Shown: positions 1-10,513 of the stretch, piece after piece
How the letters are laid out: the number at the start of each line of letters is the position of its first letter
Numbering within the stretch: the first letter of the stretch is position 1
Origin: an uncultured bacterium
GTDB taxonomy: Bacteria > Zixibacteria > MSB-5A5 > CAIYYT01
DNA: 64,000 nt
Assembly (NCBI GenBank): GCA_963726455.1
Contig: CAVSCK010000004.1
Location: forward strand, 1,568,001 to 1,632,000
Direction: 5' to 3'
Notes under the pieces: model-generated
The model's database searches: none
Told to the model about the DNA's origin: nothing
Seen by the model: only the letters and a program-made list of their open reading frames with translations
Made by a program: the position numbers and the translations under genes

Positions 1-2293
1 GCGAGCCACGTCGTGCGACTGGGCGGAACCAGCCCGACCTCGCACAATTTCCGTCAAGTCTCGTATGCGGAGCTGGATCGGTTTGCCTTCGATGCCATTC
101 TCAGGAAGCTTTTTCCGTCCGGATACGATGCCGGTGTGACGGACATGCTGTATCGCCTCAGCGGCGGCAATATGGCCCTGATTAATCTGCTCCTGCTGCA
201 GTTTGAAGATCAGGGATTGCTCAACGTCAAGGCCGGCAGAATCACGCTGCCACGCGACCAGGTCTTCCGCTTCCAGCCGTCGGAGGAATACTTCGACGCT
301 GTGGCGTTGATGTTGCCCTCCGTCAATGAGGGTTCACTGGCAGCCGTGTCGCTCTTTGCCGCGGACGCCTTTGACAATCCTCATGATATTGTGGTCGAAA
401 GCGCAAGTATCAGTGCGATCGATCTCGAGGACCTGATCGTTTCCGGGATTTTGACATCTGACACTTTTCAATTTGTCAAGACCTACTACCGCGAGTATTT
501 CTACGGCCGCCTGTCGCAGGAAGAGAAAGTATCGCTGCATTGCGAATGGGTTGCCCTGCTGGACAATGGACTGGTAGTCACCGACGTCGATCTCGACGAG
601 CAGTTGTTCTACCATCTGGCCGGCGCGGGCCGCGCGGAACCGGCTGCCGAAGTCGCGGTTCAGCTTGCCGAGCGTTTCCGCAGCGAACAGAAACCTGATC
701 GTGCACGCGCATATCTGACGCAAGCGCAGTCGCTCCCGATGAACGAAATTGGGCTTGATCTTCGAGTGAAACTCCTGATGATTTCGGGAGACATCCGCAA
801 GGACGCCGGCGATTATGACCGCGCTATCTCCGATTATGCCCGCTTGATTCGGCTGGCAACTCGCTCCGGCAACAATGCCATGCTGGCAGAGGCGTACAAG
901 GATCTCGGCGACGTTTACAAGAGCAAACGTGATTACCGCCGCGGCAACCACGTGCTCGACCACGCCGTCGGGCTTTACGGCAAGCTGGGCGATGAGCTCG
1001 AACTTTCGCACTGCTTCAATAATATCGGCAATATCCAATGGCTGATCGGCGACTTGTCCGGCGCCGCGATCAACTATGAAACGGCACTGGAAGTTCAAAG
1101 GCATCTGGGGGCCCGACGGGACATTGCTTCAACCCTGAGCAATCTTGGCACCGTGAAACTCGTGCAGAAGCACATCGCGGAAGGTATTCGGCTCTGCGAG
1201 GAATCGCTGGCCATCAAACAGGAAATCGGTGACTGGCCGGAGTACGCGCGCACTGCCAACAACCTGGGCGCCATTTATTACGAAATTGAGGACCTGCAGA
1301 AAGCAACAGACTATCTTGAACGAATCGTTGCGCATCAACCTGACCCAGGGTGCGGAAAAGGAAATCCTTTACAATTACGAAAATCTTTACGAGGTCGAGT
1401 GGCGTCGCGGCAACTATCAGAAGGCCGCCGACTGGTTATTCTCCGGATTTCGGCTCGCAAAACAGAACGACTTCTCACACCGCGCGAATTTCGCCACGAT
1501 GCTCGCGTCACTCATGCTCATTACCGGCCGCTACCGCCGCGCCGCCGGACTATTGGACGTTGCCGGGCGTCTGGAGCACAACGTCGATGACCAGACATTA
1601 ACGCTCCGGTTGACGGAAGAGCGCGCCGAATACCATCGTCTTCTTGGCGATCACTCGCGGGCAAGCATATTCACTCTTGAAGCCATGGCGCACGCCGAGA
1701 AGCTCGACGAACCGAAGAGCAAGGCCAGATCATTCCTCACACAGGCGCGATTAGCGGCCGCTGCCCGAGAACAGGAATCGGCGGTTTGGGAATTCCTGCG
1801 GCAGGCGGAGGAAATTCTCGCCGGACTGCCGTTGCAGCGCGAGAAATTGACGATCCGGCTCGATCGCGTCCAGTTCCTGCTGGATTTGGGGTCGCTGTCA
1901 CTGGCGCAGGAAGTGTTCGAGCAGATCAGATTGATGCCGCAATTCGAGGGCATTAACACGTTTGAAGCGCGGATCAACTACATCAACGGTCAAATTGAAT
2001 CGCACAACAACCGCCACAAGCGCGCAGTCACGCTGTTCCATGACGCTTATATTGCCGCCAAGACTCTTCCCAACCCGGAACAAACCTGGCGATCACTGGC
2101 GGCGCTCGGTGAAACATATCAGACGCTCACCGAATACGAACGCGCCTTCAAGTGCTTTATCGAGGCGTTTGAAACATTGAAAGAACTAGCGGAGGGAATT
2201 GTAGATCCTGCCCTTAAGCAGCGCTATTTGTCGGATCCCGCCAAGCTTAGAATCGCTGAGAAGCTCGAGGAGATGTCAACGCTCGCGACCTAA
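1..2293 (+). CDS. Large tetratricopeptide-repeat protein, probably the C-terminal part of a STAND-like (ATPase-TPR) protein; 5'-partial, frameshift near 1315
   Basis: ORFs 13..1590 and 1229..2293 join at ~1315 (GAC TAT C/TTG AAC GAA gives DYLNESLRIN). Many TPR units (e.g. AEAYKDLGDVY, SHCFNNIGNI, ASTLSNLGTV, ARTANNLGAIY). N-terminal LYRLSGGNM resembles the GxP segment that follows STAND ATPase domains. Confidence 0.8.
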
Positions 2294-2329
2294 AAAAAGA
2301 AGAGGACCGTCATGGGGACAGTCCTCTTC
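2292..2329 (-). terminator. Rho-independent terminator for the minus-strand peptide gene
   Basis: Minus strand GAAGAGGACTGTC-CCCAT-GACGGTCCTCTTC (13-bp stem with one G-U) followed by T7. Confidence 0.85.
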
Positions 2330-2357
2330 AATGACCGGTCTGAGGTTGCTGGAGTTA

Positions 2358-2435
2358 CTATTGTCCACCCTGGCTGAAACCACCTGGGGCGACTTTCTCC
2401 TCGAGCACCTCAATCATCAGATTGTATAACTCCAA
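2358..2435 (-). CDS. Unannotated 25-aa peptide MELYNLMIEVLEEKVAPGGFSQGGQ; putative precursor peptide
   Basis: TTG start at 2435, 5 nt after SD GGAGGAGGTG (an in-frame ATG at 2453 is an alternative start). Tandem stops TAG TAA, correctly oriented terminator downstream and promoter upstream. Below the ORF-track size cutoff. Confidence 0.75.
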   Translation of the reverse strand: MELYNLMIEVLEEKVAPGGFSQGGQ

Positions 2436-2594
2436 AACTTCACCTCCTCCCATGAGTTCAGTGAACCGGTATTCACGGCGCCAAGGTGAAGTGGCGCACG
2501 TGTTTTTCTTTTATCGCAGGGCTCCCGTTTTCGGGCCTCCCGATGATACTCGCTGTTTTTGGCAATTATGCCACGTCGATGCAATGTCCATATT

Positions 2595-2622
2595 AAGATA
2601 AAATGGAGTCCGAGTTTGTCAA
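2595..2622 (-). promoter_or_regulatory. sigma70-type promoter for the peptide gene
   Basis: TTGACA (2622-2617), 16 nt, TATCTT (2600-2595). Confidence 0.6.
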
Positions 2623-2772
2623 GATAAATTTGAGTTTGTAGGTCGATTTTCCTGTACAAACTGGACGTATACCCAACATTTGGTGTTTTGTCGTCTTTTG
2701 CCAGCCCATATATTGATTTCCAGCCCCTAAAACCAGGACCAAAATTCGAGTCGGAAGAACCTCGATATCTTC

Positions 2773-4982
2773 CTAAACAGCAATTCCGACCAGGGAGACT
2801 CGGCCGCAATCGACCTTGGCATACCCCGACATCTCGGGTAGCAGAAAGTGATTTTCGTTCGCGACAGCCGCTACCGCCTTCAATTGAGGTGACATTTTGA
2901 ACTTAAGAACCTTGCCCAAGTGTGGCGTCCCCGGAAAGGCGCTGACCCGCAATTCTACGGCGGCGCCGGGGTTCAGCAGATCAAGATCAGATTCGCGCAG
3001 ATCGACTTCGACCATCAGCGACTCAGTTCGGGCGAGCTGGAACAAGTCACGGGAATCAGCCGCTCCGACCATAACACCGTCAAAGGGGCTGATAATCGTC
3101 GACGCCGCCAGTTGACTCTTCAAATAGTCGACGCGCGCATGTCAGTTTCTCTATGTCGGCATCGATCCTCTCGACCGCGGCCGCCTTGGGAGCTGATTTT
3201 AGCAGTTTAAGTTCGCTTTTCTGGGCATCCCATGACGACGGGGCGATCTTGAACTGCGAAACCGAGCGCTCGTAATCGTCGTCGGAAATCAGCTTCTTCG
3301 AATGCAATTCCTTCACGCGATTGAATTCCTGCCGGGAAGACTCATACACCGCTTCCGCCTGCTGGATATCGGCGCGTTTCGTGGCAACTTCCTCGGCCTT
3401 GGGATCGGACAGCAACAAGCGCCGGTCCGCTTCAGCGCGTTTCAGATCCGACAGCGCCTCAGCCAGCGAACCCGAATTCAGAGTCGAGTTGATCGTTAGG
3501 AGCGTGTCGCCGGCGTGAACGGTATCGCCGATCGGAATATCGCGGTTGAATTTGTGTGATTGCGTAATCGGAAGCTGTAAGCTGGAATATTTGCGAGGTT
3601 TCGAAATCTTCAACGCCGCCGCGGAAATAGCGCCCCTCGATCAAGCTCGGTCCCACGCGCTTGACGACATACGATTCCGCTGCCAGTACACGTGCCGGTC
3701 CGCCGGTTGTCTGACCTACTCGAATCAGAACTGCCGGCCAGTACCACCAAAACAATAATGCCGACATAAATTGCGATGCGCTTCGGTTTCATCCAGACCT
3801 TTTTTCGCTCCCGCCATACGGACGATAAGCGCCTGCGACCATCTAACCAAAAGCCTTTTGAAAATAAGCAAACTCAGAGCGATGAACAACACAAATCCGA
3901 AACCGCTCCATTTCCCTATCAGAAACTCGCCGCCCCGGTAGAGCAGGAAGATTATCAGGAACAGCGAGTAGGCGATCGCCAACAGGCCATACCAACGGTA
4001 AATCCTGCCTTTCACGTGGTGTGGCAATGATGTCCGCAGGTGCGCACCCGAAGAGTTGGTCCTGATGCGCGCCCAGATGTAGCTGAAAGCTTTCTGGCGC
4101 AGGTTCGGGATGCGCAGATAGTCGGCAAGCAGGTAGTAACCGTCCAGCTTGATCGCCGGATTGAGATTAAACGCCGTGGTCGCAAAACAGACGGCAGCGA
4201 TCAAATAGAAGATGCGGTTCAGAAAATAGCCCTCGACGGTCACGCGCCAGAGGAGCGTAAACAGTCCCCAGAGAACCGCCTGCGCCAGAACTCCGGCTAG
4301 CCGTGACCAACAGCCGTTCGCGGCGATTCGGGAACAGGTAGGCGTCCGAGACATTGCAGTAGAAGCAGGGCTGAAAATAGAGCAGCAGGAACCCCATTTC
4401 GCGCACATTGCCGCCATATCGGCGACAAGTCAGCGCGTGGGCAAACTCATGTACGACCGTGATGACAAACAACGAGGCAATAATCGTCACAATATCCGCA
4501 GCCCGAAATATTGCCGTGATGCTGAAAGGAAATCGTTCGATATTCGCGAAGAAGACGATCCCGCCTACAACCACGATTAGTGCCTGCAGCCAGATCGCCG
4601 GCAGCGACATCAGCCAGCGTACTTTGGGATACAGTCGATTGAGAATTTGCTCCGGGTTGAAAGCCTTGAGTGGAATGAAAAGCGCTGATCGCCGCCGCGT
4701 TGTTCTGGCGATGGTGCCTTCGAAAAACCCCAGTTCGCCGATACGGCCAGCGAATTGGTCAACTGCTTCCGGAGTAATTGTCTTATTGAAGGTTTTGATG
4801 AACAGGTCAGCCGCATCTGCCGACGTGCGGGTGCCGTCCAGCGACGCCAGCAGGAAATACTCCGGCTCCCTCAGGCGGATGAATTTGCCTGAGACCGGTT
4901 CTTTGATGGTGTAATAGACAACCCCGTCGACAGCTTCCTGCTGCAGCCGGAGATCATCCTTAATCTTCGGATATGAGATCAT
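2773..4982 (-). CDS. Fused PqqD/RRE-like domain, M50 site-2 protease and HlyD-type periplasmic adaptor; at least 5 frameshifts (sequencing error or pseudogene)
   Basis: Fragments 4167..4982 (N-terminal PqqD-like winged helix, HEFAH zinc motif), 3725..4417 (NLNPAIKLDGYY, the M50 NPDG-type motif), 3610..3792 (TM), 3459..3767, 3080..3613 (GDTVHAGDTL lipoyl half-motif and coiled coil) and 2773..3123 (IISPFDG, beta-barrel). Confidence 0.75.
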
Positions 4983-5094
4983 GGCGCTTTCCCGTAAGAG
5001 ATAATGCCGGATTGTATGCGCCAGGTCAACGGGAATTGTGGCAATGTGGATTCGCTCTCGCAGGAATCAACCGCGAGGCACAGTCAACTGCCCG

Positions 5095-6294
5095 CTAAAA
5101 CGACAATCGTAGTCGGGCGAATTTCGTACCGCTTAAGGCCATGTTGTCCAGCAAAGGATATTTGGCATAGTCATATGACAGATCAAAACTGCGCACCGTG
5201 CGTCCGGTAAAACCATCGCCCAACTTCAGTAAATTCACATTTTCCAGCCAGAGGATTGCACCGTTGAGACTAAGTCCGAAGCCGTCGGTGTCGAAATTCA
5301 TGCGCCCGTTATCGAGGTTATATTTCCCGGTGCGCACGTAACCGATACCGAGCAAGCCAATTTCCAATCCCCACTTCTTCACACTGACGTCGCTGCCGTA
5401 TAGCTCCTTTTCGGTTTCTGAGGCGAACTGGACCGATATCGCTGTGGCTTCTCTCACTTTGAGCGAGGAATATATCGACAACCCGACTCTGCTGATTTTG
5501 GGCAGTCTATCACTCTGAGCTGCCTGCGGGTAGGTGAACGGGTCTCCAGTATTGAGTTTTGCGTAAGCCACGGAAGGCGTCAACTCAAATCCGAAAGTCC
5601 GCTCGGAATTGCCACCGTTCCACTTATCAGTCAGTATCTTGCCGATGGGAAGCTCAAGGATTGCGCCGATGTCGTGGGCCGTCGCCTTGCCGCCAAGACT
5701 ACTGCCGTGACCTCCAGAAAACGAAGTTAAGTGGGAGACAATCTTTTTGTACGTGTAGCCGATCCCGATTCTAAAGTAATACTCCACTCCCACGGCCGCA
5801 GAGTACATGTCCGCCTTATCGTATGCCTCGATAGACAGGTTTTCAGTCCCTTCATATGCGCCAACATAGATCTTGCCGTAGTCCAATTTGGTCCGCGAAT
5901 ACGCGACAGACGCTGCGTAATTCAGATCGGAATTGGCCCCGTGTGACAGCCAATGGCGCGACACTCCGCCACTGGCGTTGAATGTTGTTGTGTTGAAGTC
6001 ATCAGTAAGCTCTGGGAGCCACTTGGTCTTGGCCGGAGCGGTGATGGCAAAGATTTTCTGCAGGTGCAATAATCCAAGCGAACCGGGATTGTACAGGACC
6101 GATTCCTCATTGACCATGTTGACTACACACTGTCCCATGCCATTAGCCCTGGCGGAATGGGAGATGTTCAAAAACAAGACTCCGGCGCCGCCAACTTTCT
6201 CCTGCGCGCTGATCTGGCCGGTAGCGACCAGCACGGCAATTATCGCCAGCACGGCTACCGGCAAATTGAACCAGGACTTGCTTTTCGAATGCAT
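5095..6294 (-). CDS. PorV/PorQ-family outer-membrane beta-barrel
   Basis: Signal peptide, FLNISHSARANGMG and LYNPGSLG motifs, C-terminal Phe. Confidence 0.7.
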   Translation of the reverse strand: MHSKSKSWFNLPVAVLAIIAVLVATGQISAQEKVGGAGVLFLNISHSARANGMGQCVVNMVNEESVLYNPGSLGLLHLQKIFAITAPAKTKWLPELTDDFNTTTFNASGGVSRHWLSHGANSDLNYAASVAYSRTKLDYGKIYVGAYEGTENLSIEAYDKADMYSAAVGVEYYFRIGIGYTYKKIVSHLTSFSGGHGSSLGGKATAHDIGAILELPIGKILTDKWNGGNSERTFGFELTPSVAYAKLNTGDPFTYPQAAQSDRLPKISRVGLSIYSSLKVREATAISVQFASETEKELYGSDVSVKKWGLEIGLLGIGYVRTGKYNLDNGRMNFDTDGFGLSLNGAILWLENVNLLKLGDGFTGRTVRSFDLSYDYAKYPLLDNMALSGTKFARLRLSF

Positions 6295-6440
6295 GTCTAC
6301 CCACCACTTCGCATTGTTACGTAATTGAAAATGGTTCCCGCCATAGAGTGTAATCCAAAGCGAGCAAGGTCATTCTTGATTAGGTACAAGGTTGGGTTTT
6401 GTCGGGAGAAAGTCAAGTCGAAAGAGAGTGCCAGGCCGAC

Positions 6441-6827
6441 CTAGAGAATTCTTCTGAGGATCAGTATGACGCAGACAGCGAAGACCACCCAGAGGAGAAC
6501 GATCACTCCGGCCGCGATGGCTGCGGCGCGCACGGCGGACTGAATTGTCAGCGGCGCCTGCCTACGGCAATCATCCAGAACGTCGCGGGGAATCAAACGC
6601 ACGGCCAGCGCGATGCCGAGCGAGATGATCAGCAGGTCATCGAGGTAGCCGAGAATCGGTATGAAGTCGGGAACGAGGTCGATCGGGCTGAGAGCATAGC
6701 CCACGACAGATGCTACAACCGCCTTGGCGTACCAAGGTGTGCGCGAGTCTTTGGCTGCAAGGTAGAGTGTGTAGGCCTCCAACTTGAGATCGGAACCGAT
6801 CTTGCGCCAGCGACGCAGTTTACCCAT
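6441..6827 (-). CDS. YkvA/DUF1232 family membrane protein
   Basis: TPWYAK...YALSPIDLVPDFIPILGYLDD signature. Confidence 0.9.
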   Translation of the reverse strand: MGKLRRWRKIGSDLKLEAYTLYLAAKDSRTPWYAKAVVASVVGYALSPIDLVPDFIPILGYLDDLLIISLGIALAVRLIPRDVLDDCRRQAPLTIQSAVRAAAIAAGVIVLLWVVFAVCVILILRRIL

Positions 6828-6868
6828 CAGCAGTGATGCTCCGACAGAATATTAACAATACACATTGA

Positions 6869-8758
6869 CTACTTGCCGCGTAGGAATTCTTTGATCTTGT
6901 CCGCGACCGTTGCGGTATCGACAATCGCCGGCGACCGCAGGGAATCAATACAAACATACAGCGACGGCTGGTCGGTTGCGGGAAAATTCATGTCCTTTAA
7001 TACGGAATTATCGACGCCGGGTTCAAATTGAAGAACAATTTCGCGTGAAAAATATGTCTTCCAGAATGACCGCAGCAGACTGCGACGCGTATCATCCGGC
7101 TTGCCCACCACCACGAACGTCAACGGCACGCGGCTGTTCCACAGATGTGCCATCGCCAGCTTGCACAGCCGCAAGTCATCCTCGCGGATCGGCGTGTTAA
7201 ATAGATAATTTACGATTCCCACTGCCAAGTTTTTGTATGCTTCATCGGCGGTAAGATGGTAGAGACGCACGAAAGCCACTACGGCGTCGCAATTGTAGTT
7301 GTACGGCTTGAGGGGAACCGACATTCTTCCCGGAAATCCGGCAACGGAAACTTCGTAATGGACACCGCCGGAATCCGGATCAGCAAGATACTTGATCACG
7401 AAATTGGCGATGTCGCGCGCCCTGGCGAGATAATCCTTATTGCCCAGAGTTTCATAGCCGTCCAATAATGCCTGAATGCAGGCAATTTGATCGGGCAGCA
7501 GTCCGAACTCCGATTGCGAAGGGCGCAGCAGATCATGATACAGTCCGGACGATTCACCTTTGGCCTTGACCAAAATCTGATCCAGCGTCTTTGAAGCATA
7601 TTCTCCGTATTCCTGGCGACCGATCACTCGCATTGCCTTGAAGTAAGCCCTCACGGCAGTGCAGTTGGCATCGGTGTACATGGAACTATCGACTCGAGGC
7701 ACGCCATGTCGGAGACGGCCTTCATCGGACAGTGCGAAATACTGTTGCGGGTCAATCGCTCCGGCGCTGATGACTTCCCCCTGCTGGCTGTTGTAGAAAC
7801 CCCAGCCGTCGCCGCTGCGCAGAAAGCGATCGAGGTAACCAACGGTTAACTCGGCGGCGTGTTTGTATTCTTCATCATTCGAGATCAAGTATGCATCGAG
7901 GTAGTTGCTCAGCAATTTGGCATTGCCATCGAGGAGCTTCTCGTGGCTGGCCCCGCTCCAGTCGGCAAAGGCGGCGTAACGATAGAATCCTCCCCAGGTT
8001 GTATCCAGCAACGCGAGCTGAGCGTTGAAAGTCTTCATGATTTCGTTCTTGAAAAGCAGTCCCCCTTGCGGCCCGGTAGCCGTAAACATGAACTCGTAAA
8101 CGTCGGGCAAAGGGAATTTGGGTTGGGTGCCGAAACCGCCGTAAGTGGAATCGTACTGACGGGTTACCACTTGATCGGCAAGCGCAATCGCCACATCGGA
8201 GGGTTTTTGCGGTTTGCTGGATGTCGCGGCCTGTACGAAGAGCTTCTGCAGCTTGTCTGCCTGTCCCAGCACGACCGCTCGATTATCTTTCCAGTATTTG
8301 TCGATCATGGTCAGCAGGAGACGAAGAGAATCAACCGGCAGATTGTTTCCGCCGCCGATGATGCGGGCATCGGGGGTCAGTATAACGCACGATGGATAGC
8401 CACCGAGGTGATAACGGTCATAAATGTCGGGATAGCGATCGGCATCAATCTTAATCGGCAGATAATTATTGCGAATTTCAGCCGCGATTTTGTCGTTGGC
8501 GAGGACTTCCTGCTCCATCCGAGTGCACTGGCCGCACCAGGCCGCCGAAAGGAACAGTAAGATCGGCTTGTTCACACTCTGTGCTTCGGCGAAGGTGGAA
8601 TCTTCCCAGTTGCGCCAGTTTACTTTATCCGTCAAACCCGGGGAACTGTAAGCCACGAATTTCTTCGCCGCCGGCGCCGGTGTTTGGCACTGAATGATGA
8701 ACGCAGAAGAAACGGCGAGAATTGCCAGCAGAGAAACAACAAATCGAGGACGAATCAC
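6869..8758 (-). CDS. Thioredoxin-domain YyaL/DUF255-like protein with N-terminal export or lipoprotein signal
   Basis: WCGQCTRME motif, GGFGTQPKFP, GGFYRYA and HEKLL motifs; hydrophobic N-terminus ending IIQC. Confidence 0.8.
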   Translation of the reverse strand: MIRPRFVVSLLAILAVSSAFIIQCQTPAPAAKKFVAYSSPGLTDKVNWRNWEDSTFAEAQSVNKPILLFLSAAWCGQCTRMEQEVLANDKIAAEIRNNYLPIKIDADRYPDIYDRYHLGGYPSCVILTPDARIIGGGNNLPVDSLRLLLTMIDKYWKDNRAVVLGQADKLQKLFVQAATSSKPQKPSDVAIALADQVVTRQYDSTYGGFGTQPKFPLPDVYEFMFTATGPQGGLLFKNEIMKTFNAQLALLDTTWGGFYRYAAFADWSGASHEKLLDGNAKLLSNYLDAYLISNDEEYKHAAELTVGYLDRFLRSGDGWGFYNSQQGEVISAGAIDPQQYFALSDEGRLRHGVPRVDSSMYTDANCTAVRAYFKAMRVIGRQEYGEYASKTLDQILVKAKGESSGLYHDLLRPSQSEFGLLPDQIACIQALLDGYETLGNKDYLARARDIANFVIKYLADPDSGGVHYEVSVAGFPGRMSVPLKPYNYNCDAVVAFVRLYHLTADEAYKNLAVGIVNYLFNTPIREDDLRLCKLAMAHLWNSRVPLTFVVVGKPDDTRRSLLRSFWKTYFSREIVLQFEPGVDNSVLKDMNFPATDQPSLYVCIDSLRSPAIVDTATVADKIKEFLRGK

Positions 8759-8764
8759 GGCGTA

Positions 8765-8792
8765 ATTATACGATTCGCAGCCGGAATGTCAA
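8765..8792 (-). promoter_or_regulatory. Consensus sigma70 promoter, likely giving a leaderless mRNA
   Basis: TTGACA-N16-TATAAT ending 6 nt before the GTG start at 8758. Confidence 0.7.
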
Positions 8793-8879
8793 TTTGAGAT
8801 TCCTTCGCGCAAAAGTGCCTAACTCGGCAAATGGCTCTTGGAGCTGTTGGAGACTGGGGACTCGGGTAGCGAAAATGGC

Positions 8880-9650
8880 TCAGTAATTCAGCGCAAATTC
8901 CAGCAACTTGTCAGGCGCCAGCTTACTCACCGCCACACATTCCGCCTCATCGCACGTCCAGATTACATAATGGTAGTATGGACACGAACCGGTATAGTAC
9001 GCCTCGCCCTCATGGTTGACCTTCTTAAACGGCTTCTTGTCAATCGTTCCCTGCGGCAGCACAAAGACCGACACATCTTCTCCGTAAGCCGTGTAATCCA
9101 GGTGGGCTTTGTCGCCACTGGACAGGTGGACAACGCCGGCAGCATGGATGCCGATATCCGGAGTCGACGGTTTGAACAATTCATCCGGGATATCCGGAAT
9201 CGTCGCCATGCTCGCCTTGACCACGTTGGGGTCAGTCGATTGCACATCGAAATTGATCAGATTCTGCAAGCATTTGGTATGTTCATCAGCGAGCGGCTGC
9301 ACCGCAAGCAACACCGCCTGCGGATCGGAATTCTTGCCCCAGGGCACGAATATGACGAAGGCGATGATCACCGCCGCCACGAGCGGCACCAGCAGATACA
9401 TAATGTTGCGGGGTTGGGCCGCGGAGTCGATCTTATCGATTTGCTGGCGAATCCGGTCCTTTAGCTGAGTGACGTCCGGATTGCACGCGATTTTCTTCCG
9501 CACGAACGTATTGAACTCTTCCTCGAGCTCATATTTCTTCAGGCAGTCGGAACAATGCTCCAGATGCCGTTCCAGCCCCTTCTGATCGTCCTCGTTCAAT
9601 TCCTTGTCGAGGTAATCATATAACTTGGCGAGTGCTTCACGACAGTTCAC
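8880..9650 (-). CDS. Zinc-binding (ZAS/zf-HC2) anti-sigma factor with TM helix and extracytoplasmic domain
   Basis: MNCREA...HLEHCSDC (HxxxCxxC), central hydrophobic helix, GTGA overlap with the sigma stop. Confidence 0.85.
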   Translation of the reverse strand: MNCREALAKLYDYLDKELNEDDQKGLERHLEHCSDCLKKYELEEEFNTFVRKKIACNPDVTQLKDRIRQQIDKIDSAAQPRNIMYLLVPLVAAVIIAFVIFVPWGKNSDPQAVLLAVQPLADEHTKCLQNLINFDVQSTDPNVVKASMATIPDIPDELFKPSTPDIGIHAAGVVHLSSGDKAHLDYTAYGEDVSVFVLPQGTIDKKPFKKVNHEGEAYYTGSCPYYHYVIWTCDEAECVAVSKLAPDKLLEFALNY

Positions 9651-10237
9651 GATTCAGCCGACTCCTTGGATTTGTCGTCGCTACCGTGTGCGTATTCCCA
9701 CAATAACTTCTGCAGGATCTTGCGTCCGCGATGGAGACGGGATTTTACAGTACCAACCTGGATGCCGAGAACATCGGCGATCTCTTGATATGCGAACCCC
9801 TCATAAAATGCCAGAACTACGACGACCCGGAATTCTTCCGGCAGCTTCTCGATTGCCTCTTCCACGTCCTTGTCAAGGATCTTGTTGAAAAAGTCCTTTT
9901 CCGGATCACCGGTATTGGCGGCAGGACCAGTCAACTGAGAGTGCAGGAAATTATCGTCGACATCATCGAACGACACCGAAATCGACTCTTTTTGTTTGGA
10001 TCGATAGGAATTGATGAACGTGTTGGTCATAATCTTGAACAGCCACGCCTTGGCGTTCGTGCCCGCTTCGAAACGGTCAAAGCTCTTGTATGCCTTTAAC
10101 AAGGTCTCCTGAACTAAATCCTCGGCATCTGATGAATTCTTGGTCATCCGCAATGCCGTTCGAAACAGCGCGTCGGTGTGAACCAACGCCTCTGACTCGA
10201 ACAAACTCCTCGCGCTCTTCGTCTTTTTCCCGAACAT
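9647..10237 (-). CDS. ECF RNA polymerase sigma factor (SigH/SigR-like)
   Basis: [14 protein letters not shown]...[13 protein letters not shown] (region 2) and [11 protein letters not shown] (region 4). Likely ATG at 10237. Confidence 0.9.
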   Translation of the reverse strand: MFGKKTKSARSLFESEALVHTDALFRTALRMTKNSSDAEDLVQETLLKAYKSFDRFEAGTNAKAWLFKIMTNTFINSYRSKQKESISVSFDDVDDNFLHSQLTGPAANTGDPEKDFFNKILDKDVEEAIEKLPEEFRVVVVLAFYEGFAYQEIADVLGIQVGTVKSRLHRGRKILQKLLWEYAHGSDDKSKESAES

Positions 10238-10277
10238 AGTCCGATAACTAATAGACGGAGAACCATTTGTCAATAAG

Positions 10278-10304
10278 AACAACTTTTTGAGGAGAAAGGT
10301 TCCC
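10278..10304 (-). promoter_or_regulatory. ECF (SigH-like) autoregulatory promoter
   Basis: GGGAAC-N15-GTTGTT, equivalent to GGAAC-N18-GTT, about 40 nt upstream of the sigma start. Confidence 0.6.
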
Positions 10305-10513
10305 GCAAGAGTGCGTACAGCATTGTTCCGTGCTGATTGGGGCTGCTGCAGCCAGATTTGAAGATCTTAGGACTTGAGTTTCCCTGGGTATTCTGTTGGG
10401 GCAGATTTCCCCGTTGAGTCGATAAGCTGGTCGAAACTAGTTGAAATTGTCATGCGAGAAGTGATGCCGGCGCAGTGTTGATGCGCCGGCTCAAAGCATC
10501 TTGAGGTGGGAAA

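Noticed and set aside
2358-2435. Type I toxin interpretation of the small peptide
   Set aside because: The peptide is acidic with no TM-length hydrophobic helix, and no antisense RNA gene is evident. SD sequestration alone is insufficient.
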